Of a stretch of DNA of 59,636 nucleotides, positions 49,590 to 59,636 are shown in pieces. A program made the translations under genes and the position numbers. This DNA comes from Chiloscyllium plagiosum. Taxonomy: Eukaryota. The notes beneath the pieces are model-generated. The model was not told where the DNA came from. It did no database searches and worked only from the letters and a program-made list of their open reading frames with translations. The stretch's first letter is position 1. Each line of letters starts with the position of its first letter. Where the stretch lies: NCBI RefSeq assembly GCF_004010195.1, contig NC_057717.1:106197735-106257370 (forward strand), in the 5' to 3' direction.

Positions 49590-51815
49590 AATTTCAGGAT
49601 TTCAACCCAGCGACAATAAAGGAATGGTGACATGTTTCCCTGTCAGGGTAGTGAGTCACTTGGAGGGGAACGTGAAGTTGGGTGGTGTTCCCATGTATCT
49701 GCTGTACTGGTTCTTCCAGATGAAAGTGGTCATGGGTTTGGAAGATGCTGTCTAAGGATCTTTGATGAATTTCTGCAGTGCATTTTGTAGATAATACACA
49801 CTGCTGCTACTCAATGGCTATGGTGGAGGGAATGGATGCTTGTGGATGTAGTGCCAATCAAACTGGCTGCTTTGTCCTGGATGGTGTAAGCTTCTTGAGT
49901 GTTGTTGGTGCTGCACTCAGCCAGGAAAGTGGGGAGTATTCCATTACACTCCTGACTTGTGCCTTGTAGCTGATGTTAGACTTTGGGGAGTCAAGAGGTG
50001 AGTTAGTCACTGCAATGTTCCTAGCCTCTAACCTGCTCTTGTCACCACTGTGTTTATGTGATTAGATTAGATTAGACTAATTACAATATGGAAACAGGCC
50101 CTTCAGCCCAACAAGTCCACACTGAACCTCCGAAGAGCAACCCACCCAGACCCATTCCCTTACATTTATCCCTTCACCTAACACTACGGGCAATTTAGCA
50201 TGGCCAATTCACCTAACCTGCACATTTTTGGACTGTGGGAGGAAACCTGAGCACCCCAGAGGAAACCCACGCAGGCACGGGGAGAATATACAAATTCCAC
50301 ACAGGCAACAGTTGCCTGAGTCGGGAATTGAACCTGGGTCTCTGGCAGTAGTGCTAACCACTGTGTCACTGTTCCGCTCACAGTTAGATTAGATTGCTTA
50401 CAGTATGCAAACAGGTGCTTTAGCCCAACAAGTCTACACAATCGCTCCAAAGAGTAACCCACTCAGACCCATTCCCTGACTAATACACCTAACACAATGG
50501 GAAACTTAGCATGGCCAATTCACCTGACCTGCACATCTTTGGATTACAGTATGCAAACAGGTGCTTTAGCCCAACAAGTCTACACAATCGCTCCAAAGAG
50601 TAATCCACTCAGACCCATTCCCTGACTAATACACCTAACACAATGGGAAACATGGCCAATTCACCTGACCTGCACATCTTTGGATTGTGGGAGGAAACCG
50701 GAGCACCTGAAGGAAACCCACACAGATACGGGGAGAGCATGCAAACTCCACACAGACAGTTACCTGAGGCAGGGATCAGACCTGGGTCTCTGGTGCTCTG
50801 AGACAGCAGTGCTAGCCACTGAGCCAGCAGTGCTAGCCACTGAGCCACCATGCCGCCCCATGGTGAGTCCAGTTGAGTTTCTGGTCAATGATAACCACCA
50901 GAATGTTGATAGTGGGGGATTCAGTGATGGTAACACTATTGAATGTCAAGGGTCAGTGGTTAGATTGTCTCTTATTAATTATGGTCATAGCCTGGCATTT
51001 GTGTGCATGAAAGTTACTTGTCACTTGTCAGCTCAAGCCTGGATATTGTCTAAATCTTGTTGCATTTGAATTCGAATTGCTTCAGTATCTGAGGAGCTGG
51101 AATGGTGTTGAACATTATGCAATCAGCGAACATCCCCATTTCTGACCTTATGTTGGAGGGAAGGTAAATGATGAGGCAATTGAAGATGATTGAGCCGAGT
51201 ACACTACCCTGAGGAACTCCTGCAGAGGTATCCTGGAGCTGAGCTGACTGACTTCCAACAACCATGGCCATCTTCCTGTGTGCCAGGTATGACTCCAACC
51301 AGCTGAGAGTTTACCCCCTGATACCCATTGATTCCAGTTTTGCGAGGGCTCCTTGATGCCACACTTTGTTGAATTCAGCCTTGATGTCAAGGACTGTCAC
51401 TCACCATACCTCCGGAATTCAGCAATTTTGTCTGTGTTTGGACTAAGGCTGTAATGAGGTCAGGAGCTGAGTGGCCCTGGAGGCAGCCAAACTGGGCATC
51501 ACTGAGCAGGTTATTGCTGAGGAGGTGCTGATTGATAGCAATGTTGATGACACCTTCCATCACTTTGATAATGATCGACAGTAAACTGATGAAGTGTAGT
51601 TGGCTGGGTTGGATTTGTCCTGTTTTTTATGTAGAGGATATACCTGGGCAATTTTTCACATTGTTGGATAGGTGCTAGTGTTGTAGTTGTACTGGAAGAG
51701 CTTGGCTAGCGGAGCGGTATGTTCTGGAGCACGGGCCTGCAGTACTATTACCGGAATGTTGTCAGGACCAGTAATTGTTGCAGTATCCAGTGTCTCCAAC
51801 AGTTTTTTGATATCA
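49590..51815 (-). mobile_element. Second CR1-clade LINE family copy, split by an HE1 cluster
   Basis: ORF 51050-51298 SAGVPQGSVLGSIIFNCLI..MFADC; colinear with 2720-4805. Confidence 0.85.
50061..50858 (-). mobile_element. Cluster of tandem HE1-type SINEs (50061-50372; 50383-50858 with an internal 146-bp tandem duplication)
   Basis: Two (tagat)n tails; ttacagtatgcaaacaggtgctttagccc repeated at 50398 and 50544. Confidence 0.9.
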
Positions 51816-52790
51816 CTTTAACCTTTTAAAATTCTCAAACTCTTACGCACATGGAGACTCACACAAAAGACTCTGACAATATTTAGATGTTGAGTGGAGG
51901 GACAAACCATTGTTAGAAGAATATGGAATCACAAAACAAGATGAATTGGTTTCACCATCCTTAGGTCTTTGACTTGATGTTAACTGCATAGCAATGATTA
52001 GTCTTTAATTCACGAGTAATTTGGTTAGACCATGGATCTTTCTGTTATCTTTGGGTTTTCGTGTTATTTCTTTCAACATTTCTAAACATAGTTTCCTTGC
52101 TCTTTTGCCATTGGAACATTGGAAAGATCAACATTACAGAGAAGGGGGAAAGAGAAAGATCAACATAGCTTCTGGAAGTCTCTTTACTTCTCTCTGTTTC
52201 ACTCCCCTCACAGAGTTTGTATTAAACTGCTATCTGACCAATCAAAGGAGTATGGCTATACAGTCATAGAGTCATACAGCATAGAAACATGCCCTTTGGC
52301 CCATCATGTCTAAGCTGACCAACAAACACCAAGCTACACCAATCCCATTTACCTACACTTTGTCTATAGCCTACTATGTCCTGGCTTATGTTGAGCTCTC
52401 CTGAACCCATAACCAATGGTGCCAATTTGTCTGGACTCAATGTCCCCAAAACGTAGCATTGTTTTGTGCACACCAGTTAACTTCACTTATTTTACCAAAA
52501 TCACAAACAAATCGTTCTATTCTCCACTTTTGAAAGGAGTGCCCAGTTTTCTCATTTTCACTCTATAGTCCAGAAAATATCAAAGTATGTTTTTTTTAGA
52601 ATTGGCTGTGAGTTTAACTTCCACCTGTACTCCCTTAAATATTGAGATTTAAGCCTGGCATGTTTGGTAATATCAGCAGATAGTTATCACATTTGTTTTC
52701 TTCTCCCTGCTATTCTAATGGTAAAATTAACCTGTTTCAGATTGGCATTGTCATTAAAATAGTAGTTAAACATCAAACTTATTACGTTCT

Positions 52791-53390
52791 TGAAATAACT
52801 ACACAGAGACTGGTATCCCATCACAAAGTCACCCTTTGTTTATATGTGTATAGTATACTGGCTGTGTCCAGCCAGCTCAAAAGTCAGTCCCGGAAGTCAG
52901 GAGACTCTCTGAATTCCCTGTTTATATATTTTTTGAGTCAGTTCTCAACTGAGGAGATTGTAATCTTCTGGTTATATATTTTTTTCCTTAAAACTCCCCC
53001 ACGCTACTACCAAACAGCCGTAGTGCTTACTTCTCCCCACTACCCATGTTGTGTGCGTCCAGGTGCAGGACACAGTGAAGAAATATTGGGTGCAGAAAAC
53101 TTTGTTCCACCATCAGGAAGGAGAAAAAACCTGAGTGGCCAGTGACAAGGAGTGCCCTTCTCATCGAGGGCAATGCCTATGTAAATGAAAAAAAAATGAA
53201 GAGGAAGGTAGGGATTAAATCAAAATAGAGTTGGAGGGAGAAATAAAGCACTCCACACCCCAGTGTGCCCACCTCTCCCTGAAAATCTCCTATTAATATT
53301 GGTCAGCTAGGGCTACCCGATTGGCCCAGGTTAACAACCCAAATCAAGGATCTCATAGTCAATAAGATCCAGCTTTGTCCAATCACTACA
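52791..53390 (-). mobile_element. Solo LTR of the second Gypsy family with an internal insertion
   Basis: tgaaataact...aatcactaca; 5-bp TSD gttct at 52786-52790 and 53391-53395. Confidence 0.9.
52975..53290 (-). mobile_element. Tx1-like LINE 3' end inside the solo LTR
   Basis: Minus strand ends RWAHWGVECFISPSNSILI*, followed by a UTR and an A-rich end; clade assigned from recalled similarity. Confidence 0.5.
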
Positions 53391-54499
53391 GTTCTGTACA
53401 CAATTATTACAAACAGTAATTCCAAAATATATTTTTTCATAAATATTCATCCAGAGTGTAACCAGCAATCCATTATGAATACTACTGTCATGAAGATAGT
53501 TTGTTTTTAAGTCTTCCATTCCCTTCTGCTCTTAAAGCTCTAACAGAAATACACATTTGGGGAAGTTTAAATCCAGTTTCTGATAAGCAAGTCTATTGTT
53601 CAAAGATGATCATATTTCAAAATTAGTTGCCATTAAAGTGATGACATCCTGTTGCCTTAAACATGAGTCTGAGAAAATTTCTTCAATGTTATTGCATGTG
53701 TAATTATGGACGTTTTGGGAATCCTTAGAATAGCATTTCAATACTGGGGCTTTGAAATTTTGCATAGATCCTTGCCACAAAACCTTCTTATTGATATTAG
53801 CCTATGTTATTGATACAATGTGGAAAGAATTTCCAACCAAATCCTTTGTCAGAAGATAATTTGGATGTTGACAAATGGTAAACATTTATACATTGTATTT
53901 AATAGCTATCTGAGATAATCTTGTGATACAACCAGGCTTGACTAAGTAAATGCAAATATTGCCAGTTTTATTCCCAATAACATGATTCCATAAAATTGTG
54001 AAAAAGAAAAAACAGTGCAACTGGTCATGGAGCAGAAATAAATACACCCCTGTATTGCCACTGTAGATCAGTAGCTTCCTTGAGACTTTAAGCGCCAACA
54101 CTAATTAACATGAAATTCCTGTAGTAAATGTTATACAGGAGTCTCTGTCGTCTAGGACTGCAAGACTTAAAGGATGTGAGAGTAAGTATTTTTTCCTGAT
54201 TGAGGATGCAGCTGTGCTAAGCTTTGCTTTATCCTTGTATGAAAGAGAAATTCAGATACTTAGAAGTCATAACAGACATTACTAATGTTTGCTGATAAGG
54301 AAGCATTTTTACTATTGTTATTTTAGCTTGTCCTTCCTCTTCTGAAGGACTCTATGCAACACATTGTATTCTTATTTGCTGGCCTTATCCATTACTTACA
54401 TCATTTATATTTAATGTGGAGGTGCTTGTGTTGGACTAGAGTGGACAAAGTTAAAAGTCATACAGCACCAGGTTATAGTCCAATAAGTTTATTAGAAAG

Positions 54500-54534
54500 T
54501 ACAAGCTTTCGGAGTGCTGCTCCTTCGTCAGGTC
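54500..54534 (-). ncRNA. Minimal hammerhead ribozyme motif (second PLE family)
   Basis: Reverse complement ac-CTGACGA-a-GGAG-cagca-CTCC-GAA-AGCT-T-gt: core, stem II, palindromic AGCT stem III. Confidence 0.65.
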
Positions 54535-54857
54535 GCTCGTGGGGCAGGATCATAGGACACAGAATCTATAGTAAAAGATCAAAGTGTCATTCAACTGATG
54601 CAATGTATTGAATAAACCTAGATTGCTGTTAGGTATTTAGTCACTTAGAATGGGGATGCAGGGTTCAATTAATTAATATGTAAATCCCAGAACTTCTTTC
54701 ACCTCACAGTCCTGAGATAACTTAAGGTTTTATCAGTATGAGAAAAGGTGACATCTCAGCTCAGACAGGCTGATAGCCAAGTTCAGTACCCATGAGGATG
54801 GCCTCAACAGGGATCTGGGTTCATGTCACACTACAGGTGACCTCACTGCACTACATT

Positions 54858-55132
54858 CTCACATACACACACTCACGCACAAGCACACATATGCACATGC
54901 TCCTAGACATGATGACACACACACTCACTCGGAACCTCTCTCACACACATGCCCTCTCCCTCACACACACTCACACTCACGCACACCCTCTCACAGACAT
55001 ATATTCTGTTATACTCACACACACACTCTATCAAGCATGCATGCACACTTTCTCCCTCTCACACACCAAACACACACACATACACGCGCACACACACTCT
55101 CTCTGTCTCCCTCACATGCACACACACACATA
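54858..55132. repeat. Degenerate (CA)n/(CT)n low-complexity tract
   Basis: Visible CA-rich repeats. Confidence 0.9.
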
Positions 55133-55835
55133 TAAATCGATGGGAGTGAATTTGCATTTACAGATACATTCTATTTTATTCAAAAAGCATACAATCTGTA
55201 GTCAGTCCATGAGACAGTTAATAAATTCCTACTTTGGAAATAGAACCAGACAGATTCTAACCTCACACCTTTAATGCATTGTCTAAGCTGAGATGTCATG
55301 TTTTCTTGAGACCAATAAAACCTTAAGTTGTCTTGAGACTGTTGGATTAGTAATGTTTAGGTATGATTATTTACTAGTGGAGCAAATCATGATATGGAAT
55401 CTGTGTAGGTGGCGATATGAAATATCAAGGGGCAGAAAACATCAGTGAATTTGTCTATAGCACCCCAAACAGTGACAGAGATGTAAGGGAAGGAATTAAA
55501 GAGGAGATTAGCGTTTCATGCAATGAAGGTACAACTATAATCATGAGTGGTTTTAATCTGCATATAGATTGAAAAATCCAAACTAGAATTAATACTGTGG
55601 AGGAAGACTTCTTGAAGTGTATATATGATGGTTTCTTAGAATTGTGAAATAAGAAAGGATGAATGAACAAGAATATACAAAAAAGCAAAGAACTGCAGAT
55701 GCTGAAGATCTCAAATTGCTGGAGATACTGAGTAGTTCTGGAGACAAAGCAGAATCAGTATTTCAAGTCCAGTGACCCTCCTTCACAATTAACAATTTTG
55801 TTGTGCAGGATCCACTGCAGAAGAGCAACCATTCA

Positions 55836-56152
55836 GGGAAGGCAGTGATGTAATGGTAATGTCACTGAACTAGTAATCCAGATCCCCAGGCCATTGTTCT
55901 GAGGAAACATGGTTTGAACCTCACCTCAGATGGTGAAATCTGAATTTAATAAACTCTGGAATAAAGAGCTGGCCTAAAGGCAACATGTAAGCACTGTTGA
56001 TTATCGTAGAAATACATCTGGTTCAGGAAATCTGCTGTCCTTATCTGCCTAGCATGCAGGTGACCCTAGGCCCACAGCAATGTGGTTGTCTGTTAACTGT
56101 GCCCCTGGAAAATTAGAGATAGGAAATAAATCCACATCCCATGAATAAAAAG
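55836..56152 (+). mobile_element. tRNA-derived SINE (possibly MetaSINE-type), near full length
   Basis: Head ggcagtgatgtaatggtaatgtcactgaactagtaatccaga; core catctggttca..ggaaatctgctgtcc; tail cacatcccatgaataaaaa. Confidence 0.65.
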
Positions 56153-56379
56153 CAATGATAGAAGTACTCTTTAAGATGGAGAGTGAAGAAGGTGGATCAG
56201 AAACTATCCTGAATCTAAAGGGAAATGTGAGGGTATAAGGTGCAAATTGGCAAGAATGGTTTGGGAAACTTTACTAAAAGATAGGCGATAAGTAATATTT
56301 AAAGAACATTGCATGAATTAAAACAATTATTCATTTCCAGCTGGCGCAAAAATAAAAGTTAAATTGTGGCTCAATCATG

Positions 56380-56673
56380 GCTTTTTAAAAATTCATTCGC
56401 AGGATGAGGGTTTTGCTGGCTATGCTAGTATTTATTGCCTATCCCAGAGGGTAGTTAAGAGTCAACCACATTGCTGTGGGTCTGGAGTCACATGTAGTGC
56501 AGATCAAGTAAGGATGCAGTTTCCTTCCCTACAGGACATTAGTGAACCAGATTTTTATTGAATTTAAATTCCACCGTCTGCCGTGGCAGGATTTGAATTC
56601 AGGTCCCCAGAATGCTACTGGCTCTCTGGATTAATAGTCCAGTGGTAATAACACTAGGCCATCTCCTTCCCTT
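56380..56673 (-). mobile_element. Same SINE family, opposite strand
   Basis: Reverse complement of head, core and tail, e.g. agagtcaaccacattgctgtgggtctggagtcacatgtag. Confidence 0.7.
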
Positions 56674-57890
56674 TGGGAGGCTTAGAAACAAAATTATGGA
56701 TTATATTAGATCCGACTCGGATGCATACAAAACTGCAAGAAGAAGCTGCAAGCCTGAGGACTGATGGCAGTTTGGAATTTAGTAAAAGAGAACAAAAAGA
56801 TTGATCAAGAGGGGGAAATTGAATATTAAAGTAAAATTGTAGGTGGCATAAAACTTCTATAAACATCTGAGGAGAAAAAGATTTGTGAGACAAATGTGGG
56901 TGCATTAGAACCTGAAATAGGGGAAATTATAATGTGGATCAAAAAAAAGCAGAATAATTAAATATATATTTTGGTTCTATCTTCACAAAAGAGGGCACAA
57001 ATAATTACTCGGAAATGTTAGGGAACTAAGGATCTAGTGAGAGGGAGTAATTGAATAAAATCAGTATTAGTAACAAAATTGTGCTGGAGAAATTAACAGG
57101 CTTAAAGCCTGACAATTGGCATCCCACAATATTGAAGGTAGTGACTTTGGAAATATAGGATGCATTGATGGTCATCTTCCAAAATTTTATAGAATCTTAC
57201 GGATTGGAAGGTGGCAAATGTATCCCTTTAGAAAGAAAAGAAGAGTGAAAAGTTAAGACTTACAGACCAGTTAGCCTAACTTCAATAGTGGGAAAATACT
57301 ACAGTATTTTAAAAAATATGGTAACAGAACATGTGGAATAATAGGATTAGACAAAGTGAGCATGTATATTAAAGAGAAAAGGTGTCTTTGTACACCAGTT
57401 AATGGAAATAAATTGGTAGGTGCAGCAAACAATGAGAAAGTCAATGGTTTGTTAGCCTTTATTGTAAGAGTATTTGAATTTAAATGTAGGTATGTCTTAC
57501 TGCAGTTATACAGGACCTTTCTGAGATCACACCTGGAGTATTGCATGCAATTTTGGTCTTCCTACCCAAGAAAGGATAAACATGTCACAGAAGGAGTGCA
57601 GCAAAGGTTCACGAGGCTGATACCTGGAATGGCAGGACTATTGTACGAGGAGAAATTGGTTCGACTAAGCCTGTGTTCACGTGCGTTTGCAAGAACGTGA
57701 GGGGAATTGATTGAAGTGTATAAAATTCTAACAGGGCCAGACAGATTAGTTACGAAAGGATTTTCCCCCTGGTTGAGACATCTAGAACGAGGGTCATACT
57801 CTCAGAATACAGGCTAAACCATTCAGGACTGAAATGAGAAAACATTTCTTCACTCAAAGGATGGTCAGCCTGTAGAATTTGCTACCATGG

Positions 57891-58170
57891 AAGTAAGAAA
57901 CACTAGGAGCAGTAGTAAGCAATTCAGCCCCTTGAGCCTGCTCCGCCATTTAATACAATCATGGCTGATCTCATCTCCCGCCTCAACTCCACTTTCCTGC
58001 TGCTCCATGTAACCCTTCAGTGCATTACTAATTAAAAATCTGTCTAAAACCTCCTTAAATTTACTCAATGTATCAGCATCTCCTACATTCTAAGTTGGTG
58101 AATTCAACATCATCATGACTATTTGAGAGAAGTGATTTCTTTTCATCTCTTGTTTAAATCTGATACCTGT
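57891..58170 (-). mobile_element. CR1 3' end fragment
   Basis: taggagcagtagtaagcaattcagccccttgagcctgctccgccatt. Confidence 0.7.
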
Positions 58171-58171
58171 A

Positions 58172-58797
58172 ATAGAACATAGAAAAGTACACCACAGAAC
58201 AGGCCCTTAGACCCACAATGTTGTGCCGAGACTTAATCCTAATGTAAAATATAGTAACTTAACCTATGCACCCTTCAATGCATGTCCAGCAGTTGCTTAA
58301 ATGTCCCCAGTGACTTCGCTACCACTACCTCAGCGGGCAACGCATTCCATGCATTCACAACTCTCTACATAAAGAACCTACCTCTGATGTGTCCTTTATA
58401 CCTTCCTCCTACTATCTTCAAACTATGACTTCTCATACCAGTTAATCCTGCCCTGGGGAAACGTCTCTGGCTATTGATTCTATCTATTCCTCTCATTATT
58501 TTGTACACCTTGATCAGGTCTCTTCTCTTCCTCCTTCTCTCCAGAGAGAAAAGTCCGAGCTTATTCAACCTTTCTTCATAAGGCAAACCCTCCGGTCAAG
58601 GCAGTATCCTAGATGACCTTTTTTGCACCCTCTCCAAAGCCCCTGTATCATTCCTACAGTAGGGCGACCAGAACTGGACACAATATTTCAAGTGTGGTCT
58701 CACCAGGGAACTGCAGCAAAACCTTGCGGTCTTAAACTCGATACCCCTGTTAATGAAAGCCAAAACACCATATGCTTTTTTATCAACCCTATCCACT
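58172..58797 (-). mobile_element. CR1 3' part
   Basis: ORFs 58365-58586 and 58596-58796 (LVRPHLKYCVQFWSPY); atagaacatagaa tail. Confidence 0.9.
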
Positions 58798-58801
58798 TGG
58801 T

Positions 58802-59081
58802 GGAGCTGGGCGGAAGTTCAGACGGAGCGCAAAGCCGGTCGGGAAGGTAAGTGATTACTATATAAAGAACTTACCTCGACGCCAACGGTCTTTTCGCAGC
58901 AGAGAGCGGCGGGAGCTGGGCGGAAGTTCAGACGGAGCGCAAAGCCGCTCGGGAAGGTAAGTGATTACTATATAAAGAACTTATCTCGACGCCAACAGTC
59001 TTTTCGCAGCAAAGAGTGGCGGGAGCTGGGCGGAAGTTCAGACGGAGCGCAAAGCCGGTCGGGAAGGTAAGTGATTGCTAT
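58802..59081 (+). repeat. 110-bp tandem monomers (~2.5 copies), candidate internal promoter
   Basis: Units start at 58802, 58912 and 59022; each has cggaagt (ETS-like) and AG|GTAAGT; the two full units also have tatataaag. Confidence 0.9.
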
Positions 59082-59284
59082 TAGAGTGGGTGTGTTCTAA
59101 ACCCCAGGTCCTACAAAGTAGGGTCCCTCCCTCCCTCCTCCTCTAACCTTAATTAAGAGTCCACAGACGTGCCACAAAAAGAGGGTCTAAGGAAGTTTAG
59201 ATCGAAGAGTGAGGCTTCAGCTCAGGAACCTTTGACAAGGAGTTTGAGTGAAGTGATTACACCACAGTTGAAGAGGGTGAAGAC

Positions 59285-59636
59285 ATGACTGCCCAGCTGG
59301 TTCAGTGCGCTACGTGCTTGATGTGGGAGGTCAACGACTCTGGTGTGTCTGGCTCGTACATGTGTGGAAAATGTGTGCTCATTCAGCAATTGACCGAGCA
59401 TATTGCAGCGCTGACGAAAGAACTCGAAGACCTTAGGCTCATCCGAGAGAACGAGATCTTTCTGGACAAGACCTTCAGCGATGTTATTACACCAATCATG
59501 CCAGAAGAGAGCAGAAGAGAACAGATGATGAGGAAGGCGGAGAGGAGACAGGTGCAAGAGACCCCGGGAGAAGTACCTGTCAGGAACAAGTTGAAGCTTT
59601 TGGAAACAGAGACTGATGACACTGCCAGTTCACAAG
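59285..59636 (+). CDS. CR1 ORF1 protein N-terminus (partial, open to the window end; absent from the ORF track)
   Basis: MTAQLVQCATCLMWEVNDSGVSGSYMCGKCVLIQQLTEHIAALTKELEDLRLIRENEIFLDKTF...: C-x2-C-x15-C-x2-C then a leucine heptad; PVRNKLKLLE motif; 117 codons with no stop. Confidence 0.85.
   Translation, partial: MTAQLVQCATCLMWEVNDSGVSGSYMCGKCVLIQQLTEHIAALTKELEDLRLIRENEIFLDKTFSDVITPIMPEESRREQMMRKAERRQVQETPGEVPVRNKLKLLETETDDTASSQ

Larger units (their letters stand above)
54415..55340 (-). mobile_element. PLE (Neptune-like) fold-back insertion with CA-rich 3' region
   Basis: Minus pLTR 54415-54770; plus-strand ORF end KFSTHEDGLNRD/GFMSHYR* near 54778-54840; inverted match ~54705-54768 with ~55280-55341. 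Confidence 0.75.
55345..57890 (+). mobile_element. Old fragmented CR1 with SINE and PLE insertions
   Basis: ORF 57356-57700 LYRTFLRSHLEYCMQFWSSY..QQRFTRLIPGM; EN remnants near 55450-55640. Confidence 0.75.
58798..59636 (+). mobile_element. 5' end of a young, possibly full-length CR1 (5' UTR plus ORF1), running off the window
   Basis: CpG-rich tandem monomers followed by an uninterrupted ORF with a CR1 zinc-finger/leucine-zipper motif. Confidence 0.85.

Noticed and set aside
54792..55274. 160-aa His/Thr-rich ORF
   Set aside because: Translation of a CA-rich low-complexity tract in a PLE 3' region
58802..59081. CRISPR-like array
   Set aside because: Whole 110-bp units repeat with no unique spacers, there are no cas genes, and the context is a vertebrate LINE 5' UTR

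Overview
This is vertebrate, almost certainly shark (elasmobranch), intergenic or intronic DNA; the basis is the many HE1-type SINEs with their partner CR1 LINEs, and nothing here looks prokaryotic. Most of the window is nested, mostly decayed transposable elements: many CR1 LINE copies, a second CR1-clade LINE family, Rex1, L2 and Tx1 fragments, three SINE types, two Gypsy LTR families, DNA-transposon remnants and MITEs, and several Penelope-like element (PLE) families. One Gypsy element has the Gmr1-type order with integrase before RT. There is a 505-N assembly gap. I could not identify any host gene; only weak short-exon candidates exist in the non-repetitive islands. The most notable items are: (1) short TSD-flanked PLE fold-back insertions carrying minimal hammerhead-ribozyme cores, one a perfect 94-bp-arm palindrome, with stem-II covariation across families; (2) the 5' end of a young CR1 with 110-bp promoter-like monomers, whose splice donor sits in a hairpin around a TATA motif, followed by an open zinc-finger/leucine-zipper ORF1; (3) a CpG-intact Tigger-like MITE; (4) two fine-scale rearrangements. 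All family names come from recalled motifs rather than database searches, and boundaries of old elements are approximate.
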